Source: Candidatus Bathyarchaeota archaeon (lineage in GTDB: Archaea; Thermoproteota; Bathyarchaeia; 40CM-2-53-6). From it: a DNA stretch of 64,000 bases. A model generated the notes under the pieces. It had not been told where the DNA came from and made no database searches. It worked only from the letters and a program-made list of their open reading frames with translations. The stretch covers positions 377,289 through 441,288 of the forward strand of contig CAWIHH010000004.1 in NCBI GenBank assembly GCA_963835925.1, read 5' to 3'. This document shows positions 27,878-36,628 of the stretch, piece after piece; positions within the stretch are counted from its first letter, which is position 1; each line of letters begins with the position of its first letter. Both the position numbers and the translations under genes were made by a program.

Positions 27878-30034
27878 ATGTCGTTGACGCGGCCACGCTT
27901 CTTGTTCATGGTCCTCGCGCTTCTAATCATTATAACGCCGAGCGCGAGCGTTTGGCCCCAAGCGTCACCCATCAATTACATCGTACTCTATGCGCACACT
28001 TCCAACAATTCTCGCATCCTAAACGCAGTCCCAAACTGGGGCGGCATCAGAATCGAGAACGTGAACGGGACACTGAGTTTCAAACTGACCCCCACACTTG
28101 GAGAGAATTTGCGAATCACCGGTGCAATAGCTGTAACGCTCTACATGCGAGCTACTTCTGGAGTTCTGAGCAATTTGAATTTCAGCTTGACTGAGCTCAA
28201 AAGCACCGGAGTGCAGGTGCCCGTTCCCGGAGCGAAAATTCAATCACTCACAGTATTAGACACGCGATTTCTCCCATTCACGGTGGGCGTTGGCGTAATT
28301 GACTATGAATTTCAAAAGGGTTCTGCGATCGTGCTCTCGGTCCGAGTAGACGCCAACAGCGCCACGCCTTATCTCGCATGGGATGACCCCTCGGCGCCCA
28401 CTAGCATCACACTTCCAGCCGTGAGCCCACTGCATGTTGCAATCACATTTCTAGATTATCAATCCCATCGAGCAAATCTGATTCAAACCGAGAATCAGAC
28501 CAGTTTAGTTCAAGTGCACTTCAGAGCAAACGTGACGGATCCAATAGGAATCTACCGATTGAACAACGCCATAGCAATTATCAATGCACCAAACGGAACT
28601 TCTTCAAGAATTCAACCAGCACAGCAATTCATCTCGCAATATGCCAACGATTACTCTTTTGATCTTGCGCTGGGTGCGGGATCATGGCACGTGACTCTTG
28701 AAGTCAATGACAAGTCGGGTGGCGTTTACGATTTCTTAGGCGAAATCTTAGTGACTCCATTCTATCACGTCGAAGTAAACGTCGTCGATTCGTCAGGAAG
28801 AGGTCTGGCGAATGCCTCGGTAAGCGTCTTCTACCAACAGCTTCAGGCTTGGAGTGGTGTTACAAATTCCACTGGGTGGGTACCGCTCGAATTGCCCGAC
28901 ACGGGAATAGTTGGCCCATTGAATCTAACGGTGAGTTGGTCGGGGGTGCAATCGTTTTCAGAGCTGAAGGTGGTGGGGAGAACCATGAGCGTTGTGAGGG
29001 TTCCTGTGTTTGATAAGACTGTGCGCCTGACTGTGGGCGGAATCCCCCTGCCGGGGGCAACAGTTCGGTTGCTCAAGAACAGCAGGACGCTGACCCAAAC
29101 CTTCAGTGGGTACGATGGCACGGTAACCTTCCACGGTCTGCCGATGAACAATTACACTCTGAGTGCCCAGTATCTATTCAGTCAATTCAATATGACTTTG
29201 AATGTGAACTCGAGCGAAATTTCAACCATCAATCTCCCCGTCCCGCATCAACCTGAACTGGTAACCTTAGTGCTGGTAGCTGGAGTTGTAGCGGTGACAG
29301 CGCTCGAAAGGAGAAGAAGAAAATCATACCCGCAGAGTTTCGGTTACTTTAATCAGCTAACTTCTGGCGGGCTACCTCAAACCTGTTTCGCGTTAGTGAC
29401 CGGTAACTCTGGAGCGGGCAAGAGCGTTCTCTTGGAAACTCTTGCGATCGAACACTCGACCATAGGGCAGAGCGTATTCATCACTAACACCGAGTCCCCT
29501 CGGAAGATCCGCGAAAGCATGAGAAGTATCGGAATGAAGGGGGAATTTGAAAATGCGCGAATTGTCTTCGTGGATGCCTATTCGGCGATTGGCGGTGCGA
29601 ACTCTGAAGAGAAATTTGCAGTGTCCTCGCACACTGACCTCACGGGTCTGGGATTGGTGATCTCGAAATGTCTTTCTGAAACAGGTCCTGGAACGGACGT
29701 GTACATAGATTCCATCAGTCCACTATTAGCTGATCTTCGAGTCAACTTCGTAATCAATTTCCTGAACTCCGTCGCGGTCAAGGTAAAATCCAACAATGGC
29801 AAACTCTGCGTTACGACAGGCACGGGCATAGAGAAATCTGACCTTAGCAAAATAGAGGAGGTAGCGGACTGCGTAATTGAAACGCAACTCCAAGAATCTC
29901 GGCGCGGCCAAACAAGAAGACTGCGAATAAAGAAGCTGCGCGGCAAAGCCTACGTCGACAAGTGGGTTAGCTTCCACATAGAAGCAGACAAGGGCATAGT
30001 TTTCTTTTCGAGGACCAAGCCGATCAAAGACTAA
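27878..30034 (+). CDS. membrane-tethered KaiC-like ATPase with large N-terminal extracellular beta-rich domain
   Basis: 718 aa. A signal peptide (FLFMVLALLIIITPSASV) is followed by about 440 aa with sequons and carboxypeptidase-regulatory-like modules (VEVNVVDSSGRGLANASVSV..., GATVRLLKNSRTLTQTFSGYDGTVTF). Then come a TM helix plus ERRRRK, and a C-terminal ATPase (LTSGGLPQTCFALVTGNSGAGKSVL..., DVYIDSISPL, RLRIKKLRG). Confidence 0.7.
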   Translation: MSLTRPRFLFMVLALLIIITPSASVWPQASPINYIVLYAHTSNNSRILNAVPNWGGIRIENVNGTLSFKLTPTLGENLRITGAIAVTLYMRATSGVLSNLNFSLTELKSTGVQVPVPGAKIQSLTVLDTRFLPFTVGVGVIDYEFQKGSAIVLSVRVDANSATPYLAWDDPSAPTSITLPAVSPLHVAITFLDYQSHRANLIQTENQTSLVQVHFRANVTDPIGIYRLNNAIAIINAPNGTSSRIQPAQQFISQYANDYSFDLALGAGSWHVTLEVNDKSGGVYDFLGEILVTPFYHVEVNVVDSSGRGLANASVSVFYQQLQAWSGVTNSTGWVPLELPDTGIVGPLNLTVSWSGVQSFSELKVVGRTMSVVRVPVFDKTVRLTVGGIPLPGATVRLLKNSRTLTQTFSGYDGTVTFHGLPMNNYTLSAQYLFSQFNMTLNVNSSEISTINLPVPHQPELVTLVLVAGVVAVTALERRRRKSYPQSFGYFNQLTSGGLPQTCFALVTGNSGAGKSVLLETLAIEHSTIGQSVFITNTESPRKIRESMRSIGMKGEFENARIVFVDAYSAIGGANSEEKFAVSSHTDLTGLGLVISKCLSETGPGTDVYIDSISPLLADLRVNFVINFLNSVAVKVKSNNGKLCVTTGTGIEKSDLSKIEEVADCVIETQLQESRRGQTRRLRIKKLRGKAYVDKWVSFHIEADKGIVFFSRTKPIKD

Positions 30035-30252
30035 GCGCGAGCTGCCCCTTTTATTCATCGATTGATTCGACGCAAGCACTCCCGCTTTCCCAGTCGGCCT
30101 TGGCCAGTTCCAGGCCAATATTCCAGCACCTGTTAACATACGGCTCAAATTACGACTTCGTCAATCACCAATTGACGATTGTTACACGGTGGCATTAGAA
30201 TTCAAGGATCTCGTGATCAGTTGGAGAGTACGTGGTGGGATAACTGGCCATT

Positions 30253-32562
30253 CTAGTTAGCGACGGCCCTGGCCACTAACACGCTGAACCCTAGCGGTAC
30301 GAGCAGGGCGTTGCTTGCTACCAAAAGAAGCGTTGAAGCCGTAAGCAGCGACTGGGGGACCGTTAGAAAGGACCCGCTTGCGATCAGAATGGCTAGCGTA
30401 GCGATCCACATGGTAAACAGTGGGATAAGCCATATAACGCTCGGCGACCGCCGATTCTTTGATGCGCGGTAGGAAAATATTACTGCGCTTATTGGGAAAA
30501 CGAACACGAATCCAAGCAAGAGGCTTCCTATGAAATAGCCAACCACTGGAGCACCTCCTGAAACTAGCAATGCGGCGAGTAGAGCCCCAAGTGCCAAGAA
30601 TGCCCGAGCCAGAGCGATGGGTGTGGAGGCAAACAGCCAACCATTTGTCACCTTCGGCAATTCTTGAGAAATGTTTGGCAAATTAACTGGGCCGCCCAGA
30701 TTTGCAGGAGCCGTGGTTTGTACCTTCACGGGCACCATGTCCCAGGATGAGACATGTCTTGCGTCACCTTGCCAGTACGCTCTTACAGTGTAGGATCCGG
30801 GCGCGTCTGGGGTCCAGGCGTAGGAGAAGAGCCCCCCCTGCCCTGTAGAGACATTCGCAATAGGTTGCCAATTCTCTCGGTCCGCACTGAACGACAAATG
30901 CACCGTTGAAAAATTGTCATCCACCGATAGCGATCCAGATATGGTCACCGGGTCCCCGGATATAGCGGAGACAGGGTTCACCTGAACGGTAATTGATGAA
31001 GGAGCTTTTTGTTGACTCGTGAAAACGACATTTATCGTAGTGGGTTTCGTCACGTTAACGATAGAAGTGGAAACCTGACCGTTAACTTGAAGGTCTATGA
31101 AGTTGTAGTTAACAGATGTTGCATGAATCTGTGTCGTGGGTACTTCGACGTCTAGTTGAGTATTATTGTCGGCCCAAAGTTCAGCTGCCTCGGTTCCATT
31201 GACTACTGTTGGTTTGCCGTTCACGTTGACCACAACAGTAGAATTCTTGGGGACGCCTGATAATTGGAGTTTAACGTCGTACTGTGTTTTCCAATTGGCG
31301 GTTACGTGTTTCGCCGAGTTCATAAGGACGTATCCTGTGCTTGAAGCGGAATTGTAGTCTCCGCTGAAACCTAGGAAAACCCGACGAGTACCATTTTGCG
31401 AACTCAAAATACTAGGAACACTAAAGGTCGCGTTAGTTCCGGCCTGATACCAACCCGCCCCTTTGCCATTGGAGTATTTGTTTTCGATCGTCAACGAGTA
31501 TTCCGTACGGTAGTTTGCCACGAGTTGAATGAGGGAATTCACACTCATATTGAGTGGGTTTGCTGTGCCATAATTGTCCCATGAGGAGAAACGCATTCTC
31601 ATGCCGTTTGTCGACGAAGTCTCATTTGGCACTTCGACCGATGCCCAATCGCCTGGGACGCCCACTGATAGTACGCCATTACTGTTCGTTTGAAATGGGA
31701 AACCATCGACTTTAACGATTGAACTTGATGTTGGAAGCCTTATCTCTAGAGTGGAGGCAAAATGGCCGTTGACCCATTGCGCATCGAATGCCCTACCTCC
31801 GGGGGTTCGGAAATCGTTGAGCCTAAGTTGATGTTCAAGAATCGTGTGATGCAGGTCGCTGTTTTGCATGTAGAGTATGGCGAAGTAGTAATTTCCAAGG
31901 TCGTCCGATAGAAGTGACCAGAGTTCGTTGTAGTCGTCGGGGCCGTTAAAGACTTGGGTCTGGAGAGAGGCTAGCTTCAAGCTAATTGAACCATTCAACA
32001 CCGTACCATAATTCCCATCCACGAATATCTCACGCCCTAATACTGTGAAGCTGTTGGGAGCCTGGGATTTGACGTCAAAGTGTGGAGTTGGGGATGTTTA
32101 CCGAACCTGTGTTCACCAGTTTGCGGGAGATCTGTTGGGTGCCTTCTACGACTATTGTGTTGTAACTTCCACCCTGATATTCGAAAATTCTAAGCACGAT
32201 TTGGCTCGAGGAATTGGTCAAATAGAGGAAGGCGATGTAGAAGTCGTTCTGCGTTACATTCGCCAAGAAAATGATGTTGACTGGTCCACTGTCCCAATTC
32301 GCCGTCACATAACTCCATGGTATCAGTGTTATCTTTGAACTGTCAGTTGAAAGATAGCCTCCTTGGGGAGAGAGGTTCAGTGAGTAACCACTGCCAACTC
32401 CTTTGGCCGAGAAGTCTGGAACCTGATGAATTGCAGATCCGGGGGTTAGGAGTGGCGAGCTAATCGGTCGAGCGTCTGCGGCTCCAGTTCCATGGACCAC
32501 AATAGCGCGATCGTCAAGAGTACGAGAGAAAACGCCGTGGTCTTCCGACTGGTTTGGGTCAC
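30253..32562 (-). CDS. large surface protein with InlB-B-repeat-like modules and C-terminal polytopic region; two frame breaks (fragments 30253-32022, 32075-32500 and a signal-peptide frame from GTG 32562)
   Basis: The frame of the 589-aa ORF stays open upstream (..FDVKSQAPNSFTVLGREIF-VDGNYG) and meets the 141-aa ORF near 32078. A third frame from GTG 32562 encodes MTQTSRKTTAFSLVLLTIALLWS, a signal peptide. Repeats such as GWYQAGTNATFSV...RVFLGFSGDYNS...VTANWKTQY are present. The C-terminus has about 4 helices. Confidence 0.5.
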
Positions 32563-32848
32563 AGAGCTGCCGTCCTAATTGCGTTGGCTAGACTCCGTTC
32601 AGAGATGTACGTTCCCCACTATGGTTGTTAAATTCTGGAAGTGAACGGGTCCTATTGATTGCACTATTCATGTTCAGTTAAGCCAGGCATCATGTGAACA
32701 TGAAGCGAACTTTACGTTCAGGACCTTTTGCTACTCGTGTACATATCGCCGTGCGGACTTGTCGGAATCCATACGAATTTGAGAAAACATTGGAGAATAC
32801 ATGAAAACGTTTATTGCCCTTCTTGAGGCCGTCCTGAAGTGAGTTAAT

Positions 32849-33323
32849 ATGAGGCTAGCCCCTTACGCGGTTGGCATTGGGAATGTTACTAGCGTCTTTG
32901 TCCTCACGGCGCCCGCCATTTCAGCGCTATCCCCGCAGGGCGGCGGCCTAATTTTCGGCTGGGTTTACGGGTTCACTTGGGATAATCAGCTTGTTCCGCT
33001 TGCGTGGGTCCAAGTGACCGCATCAAATCCTAATGCCCTATCCAAATGCGCTATTCACTATCTCGACTGGGGGAAATGGAGTATTTGAAATGAACGTGCC
33101 CGCGGGAACTTACAATCTGACAGTTTCACCGCCCGGATTCCAAGCGCATAGCTCAATGGTGTCGGTGTCTGACGGCTCCTCATCATCAACCGCTTTCTAC
33201 TTGGAACAGTCCCACGTCCCAATTCCCGAATTCCCCACCCAGTGGGTCGCCTTGATACTCACCATTGCCCTAGCAACGACACTGCTCACTAGGAAGAACA
33301 CAAGACGCAAGCGCCAGCCGTGA
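32849..33323 (+). CDS. small PEF-CTERM protein with one carboxypeptidase-regulatory-like domain; frame broken once (fragments 32849-33088 and 33033-33323)
   Basis: Frame A reads ..GWVYGFTWDNQLVPLAWVQVTASNPNA and frame B reads YPNALFTISTGGNGVFEMNVPAGTYNLTVSPPGFQAHSSMVSVSDG. Together they make one beta-sandwich module. The C-terminus is HVPIPEF-PTQWVALILTIALATTLL-TRKNTRRKRQP. Confidence 0.6.
33225..33320 (+). other. PEF-CTERM tripartite sorting signal
   Basis: A PEF motif, a hydrophobic helix and a basic cluster at the C-terminus. It shares the context (I/V)P(V/I)PEF with the giant protein. Confidence 0.75.
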
Positions 33324-33490
33324 GTTTTCTGCTTAGTTCCTACAGGTTCCCATGGTTTCACCAGGGTCAGTTTGTTCGAGAATTGCGAATTTCACTCAAA
33401 TCGGCTCTGGGCCAAGAGAACCTTCAGAGACATCAGTGCATCTCTTCAGGCCAGCAACATTGATAATGCCCCTGCCTGCACTCAATAGCC

Positions 33491-34027
33491 ATGGACGATC
33501 AACGCAGCGAACGCCGGCACCAAGTCTACCTGCTCATGCGTTTTGCTGGAATTGCCTCAATTATCGCCATCGTTCTGTATTACGTGCCTAATTATTTCTT
33601 TCTTGAAAAGATCACAGCTGAGCACTCCGCCACGTTAATGGAGCTTATGGGAATCAAAGCTACCGTATGGACTCAGGGGAACTCGGTATTCCTGAACCAG
33701 TTCGAAGTTGAGCGAATGTGCACCGGCGTCCAGGTGGTTACAATATTCCTCGGGATTCTCGTAGCCCTCCCTAAGGCTGATGTCAAGCGAAGGATTCTGG
33801 CCTTTGGCGTCATCGCCATAAGCGTCTACTTCGCTAACGTTGCTCGCATAGCGTTTGAGATTTGGCTACTCTACACCGGGACCCTACCTTGGTCTCTCGC
33901 ACACTATCCCACGGGACTAATACTTGGGGTCTTTTCCGTAGCCTTCCTCGTGGTGGTTGCCGACCACTTCCTACCCGAAGTGGGAGACTTGGCATTCTCA
34001 GCCCTGGACGGTTTCCGAAGGGCGTAA
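33491..34027 (+). CDS. small archaeosortase/exosortase-family protein (canonical Cys/Arg/His)
   Basis: 178 aa with 4-5 helices. Has ERMC77TGVQ (the CxG nucleophile motif), ANVAR119I and LAH138YPTG. It lies directly downstream of the small PEF-CTERM gene. Confidence 0.7.
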   Translation: MDDQRSERRHQVYLLMRFAGIASIIAIVLYYVPNYFFLEKITAEHSATLMELMGIKATVWTQGNSVFLNQFEVERMCTGVQVVTIFLGILVALPKADVKRRILAFGVIAISVYFANVARIAFEIWLLYTGTLPWSLAHYPTGLILGVFSVAFLVVVADHFLPEVGDLAFSALDGFRRA

Positions 34028-35176
34028 TGTCTTTCCGCAGTGAACACAGTGTGTCCAGTCCTCCTCGACTGGTTCACCGCAACTCTCACAGAACTTTGGC
34101 GGGGCTACCTGAACAGTTTCCTGGTCTTCCGTTGGAGTCGACTTGGCTCTTTTTCTCCTAAGAAGGGCTAAGGCGACGCCTCCAAGTATTCCAATGGCAA
34201 GAACTGAAGGTAAGACCAAGGGGGTGTAATTCACCGCAAAATTCGCGTTCAGCACCTTGGGGCGGTCCATAGTGAAATTAATCGAGGGTGACCCTGAGTC
34301 TAAATCTCCAGACCAATCCTTGAATTCGTATTTAAGCCCAAGAAATTCGAGAGGCCCTCCCAGTGGGAGCGAACTCGCAACACGCAGGCTGACATTTGCA
34401 CCAATATTGTACCAGGCTGTTTGCGAATAAGTTGGAACAATGGAATCCACGTGTAGCAAGTATTGCGTCACGTAAAAGCCGACAAGTTTCGAGTTCCCGT
34501 TCAGCATCAGGATTCTATCTGTGCTGTTCATTCTGTCTTTCCAGCCCGCGAAGACCAATCTCGTTGAGTTTTCGAAAGTCAACAAACTGGGCACGCTGAT
34601 CTCATGAGCGATTCCGACGGGGAGCTGAAGAGCAACGGTTCCTGCGTTTGACGTTTTTCCTGTAGAATTATCAACTTTCACTGTGACATTGGGAATTCCC
34701 AGGTCCACCTCAAGGCTCGCAAGCTTAGCGACTTTGATCGTCAGCTCAGCAAAGCCCGGGCCTTGATAGTTGTCAGCATAGTACTGCCAGGTGCCGTTCT
34801 TGAAATAGTACGCGATAGCGGTTAGCACTAGATCTTGTTCGGTGTTGGGCGCTGTGAGGTTTACCGTCCAGAATTTGTCGCCACCTCTGCTCACATCGAT
34901 CTGGTCGCTGTGCCACAGCTCTGAGCCAAGATTCTTTAACGAACCTTGAAACAAGGTTGATTTGATTGTAGCGTTCGTATGTATTGCGTATTCGACATCG
35001 ACCACTAATGAGTATTGGCTCGAAGGGGCAACCTGTCGCGGGTATTGCGTCACAGCGACTCTCAGTAGGCCAACATTGGGTTCGTCGGCGGTGGCGAGTG
35101 ACACGCCGAAGATAGATAGGGCGACCAGCAACACTAGGAGCGACCCGATGAGTCTCCAGTATCTGATGCATTTCAC
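33998..35176 (-). CDS. surface protein with InlB-B-repeat-like modules, TM helix and cytoplasmic C-terminal zinc ribbon
   Basis: 392 aa. Has a signal peptide (LLVLLVALSIFGVSLATA), the module LKYEFKDWSGDLDSGSPSINFTMDRPKVLNANF, a TM (LPSVLAIGILGGVALALL-RRKRAK) and a tail FCESCGEPVEEDWTHCVHCGK. Confidence 0.55.
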   Translation of the reverse strand: MKCIRYWRLIGSLLVLLVALSIFGVSLATADEPNVGLLRVAVTQYPRQVAPSSQYSLVVDVEYAIHTNATIKSTLFQGSLKNLGSELWHSDQIDVSRGGDKFWTVNLTAPNTEQDLVLTAIAYYFKNGTWQYYADNYQGPGFAELTIKVAKLASLEVDLGIPNVTVKVDNSTGKTSNAGTVALQLPVGIAHEISVPSLLTFENSTRLVFAGWKDRMNSTDRILMLNGNSKLVGFYVTQYLLHVDSIVPTYSQTAWYNIGANVSLRVASSLPLGGPLEFLGLKYEFKDWSGDLDSGSPSINFTMDRPKVLNANFAVNYTPLVLPSVLAIGILGGVALALLRRKRAKSTPTEDQETVQVAPPKFCESCGEPVEEDWTHCVHCGKTLRPSETVQG

Positions 35177-35182
35177 GGAAGA

Positions 35183-35842
35183 TCACTCGCCCCTGCGCAT
35201 TGTTTTCTTTCTGATTGCCCATTCCGTTGCTCTGCTGATTGCTTCACTGGAATTCTTTACCACAGAGAGTGGAAATGTTGCTCCGTCAGGTAGTCCTGGA
35301 GCTACGGGTATGATTTCAAATTGCAGTTTGAAACCGCCCCGTTCTATTTCTTCCCGCAGCCCCCGCAGTTGTCCGTCTACGTCTTCGCGCGCAAGTAGTG
35401 GAATTACTAAGTCGGCACCCAATTCTTCTGAATTGCGAAGAAGATCCAGCGGAGTCTGAGTCTTGCCTAGGTTCAGGGCGTTGAAGCCTATGGACCTTAG
35501 AGCAGCACAGAGAGTGAGTGAGAGGAGATTACCTGCCTTCAAGCCGAGAGGGCCAACGGTTGCCTTAACATTGAATCTGCCTTGGGAGGCTGTGAGTCTA
35601 TCTTCGATAACTTGCAGGGCTGAGCTAACTGCAGTCTCCACAGAGATCAATTTTTCGGAATCATATTCTCCCACGTCGTGTAGGTCGACGACGATATTGA
35701 CGGCTTCAGTAATCGCATCCAAAATATCGTTACTCGTGGCTCCATGGCCTAGGGCGCCGTATGCATTCTGTCTGGCTTCATCGGTTTTTCCAGCCAAGAC
35801 AGCATTGGTCAATTTCTGGAGCCGTTGCTCTATCTCACTCAA
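35183..35842 (-). CDS. corrinoid-protein-like (B12-binding fold) protein lacking the DxHxxG motif
   Basis: 219 aa. A helical N-domain is followed by a Rossmann-like part that aligns by eye to MtaC/MtbC (..VGPLGLKAGNLLSLTLCAALRSIGFNALNLG..ADLVIPLL..). GPLGLKAGN stands where GDxHDIGKN is expected. Confidence 0.35.
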   Translation of the reverse strand: MSEIEQRLQKLTNAVLAGKTDEARQNAYGALGHGATSNDILDAITEAVNIVVDLHDVGEYDSEKLISVETAVSSALQVIEDRLTASQGRFNVKATVGPLGLKAGNLLSLTLCAALRSIGFNALNLGKTQTPLDLLRNSEELGADLVIPLLAREDVDGQLRGLREEIERGGFKLQFEIIPVAPGLPDGATFPLSVVKNSSEAISRATEWAIRKKTMRRGE

Positions 35843-35875
35843 GGTTGAGTTCGAGTTCTGCCGGTTGCTGTCAAA

Positions 35876-36604
35876 TTAGTGCTTCGGTCTAGGATCGAGG
35901 TTCACATGAGCTTTGACTGCCCAGTCTGGGGGTTGACTGGAATACTTTTGAGGTTTTCGTCGAAAGGGGAGGCCCCGTATAGAAAACTGATTAACTTTGA
36001 GACGGCGACAATTGGAACGCCGTCCACTAGTCCTTCGCGGCTCACACAGACTCAGGATCGTGGGCATCAGCAAACGGTTCTCAGGATTACTTACCCCAAG
36101 CTTCTTCAACAAATCATATCGCTCCGCCAGCGCTTCAGCTCTTTCAACTTGAGCTTGTGTAACATGACGGGCGCATGAATGAGAAAGGCCGCGCAACCAG
36201 TGCTTACAGTCGATTACCAGAAGCAAACTGTCGTTCCAAGCGAGGAGATCAATTTCACGTCTCCCAATTCTGCTTTTGAAGACGACGTGCTTCACTGTTC
36301 GAAACCCATTCCGTTCTAAGGATTCTCCAGCAAACTCTTCGAATTCCTTCCAGTCAAGGGTCCGTGAAACTTTTTGTGGGTCACGCCCTTCATGGACAAG
36401 TCGCTCTGCCAGTCTCATGCGTTGGGCGGTGTCCATCTCCAAAAGCCCTTCATGAGAATTAACGAATTTTCCTGCGGCGAGCTTCTCCATTCTCTCAGCT
36501 AACATTTCCGAACGGGTATGCAGGTTCTGGGCGAGTTCGTCAATGGTGATTCTGTTTTTCTTTCTAGTCAATTCCAGAAGTTTGATCTCTGGATCGGTTT
36601 GCAA
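35876..36604 (-). CDS. winged-helix + PD-(D/E)xK nuclease-fold protein (restriction-endonuclease-like); probable frame break near 36030-36055, alternative end 35902
   Basis: The N-terminus (ITIDELAQNLHTRSEMLAERMEKLAAGKFV) is wHTH-like. The core GRREIDLLAW..LLLVIDCKHW fits D...(D/E)xK. The ORF tail is Arg-rich low complexity, while the +2 frame reads a more natural REGLVDGVPIVAVSKLISFLYGASPFDENLKSIPVNPQTGQSKLM*. Confidence 0.45.
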   Translation of the reverse strand: MQTDPEIKLLELTRKKNRITIDELAQNLHTRSEMLAERMEKLAAGKFVNSHEGLLEMDTAQRMRLAERLVHEGRDPQKVSRTLDWKEFEEFAGESLERNGFRTVKHVVFKSRIGRREIDLLAWNDSLLLVIDCKHWLRGLSHSCARHVTQAQVERAEALAERYDLLKKLGVSNPENRLLMPTILSLCEPRRTSGRRSNCRRLKVNQFSIRGLPFRRKPQKYSSQPPDWAVKAHVNLDPRPKH

Positions 36605-36628
36605 AGTTCTTCGACTTGTTCCAGATTG

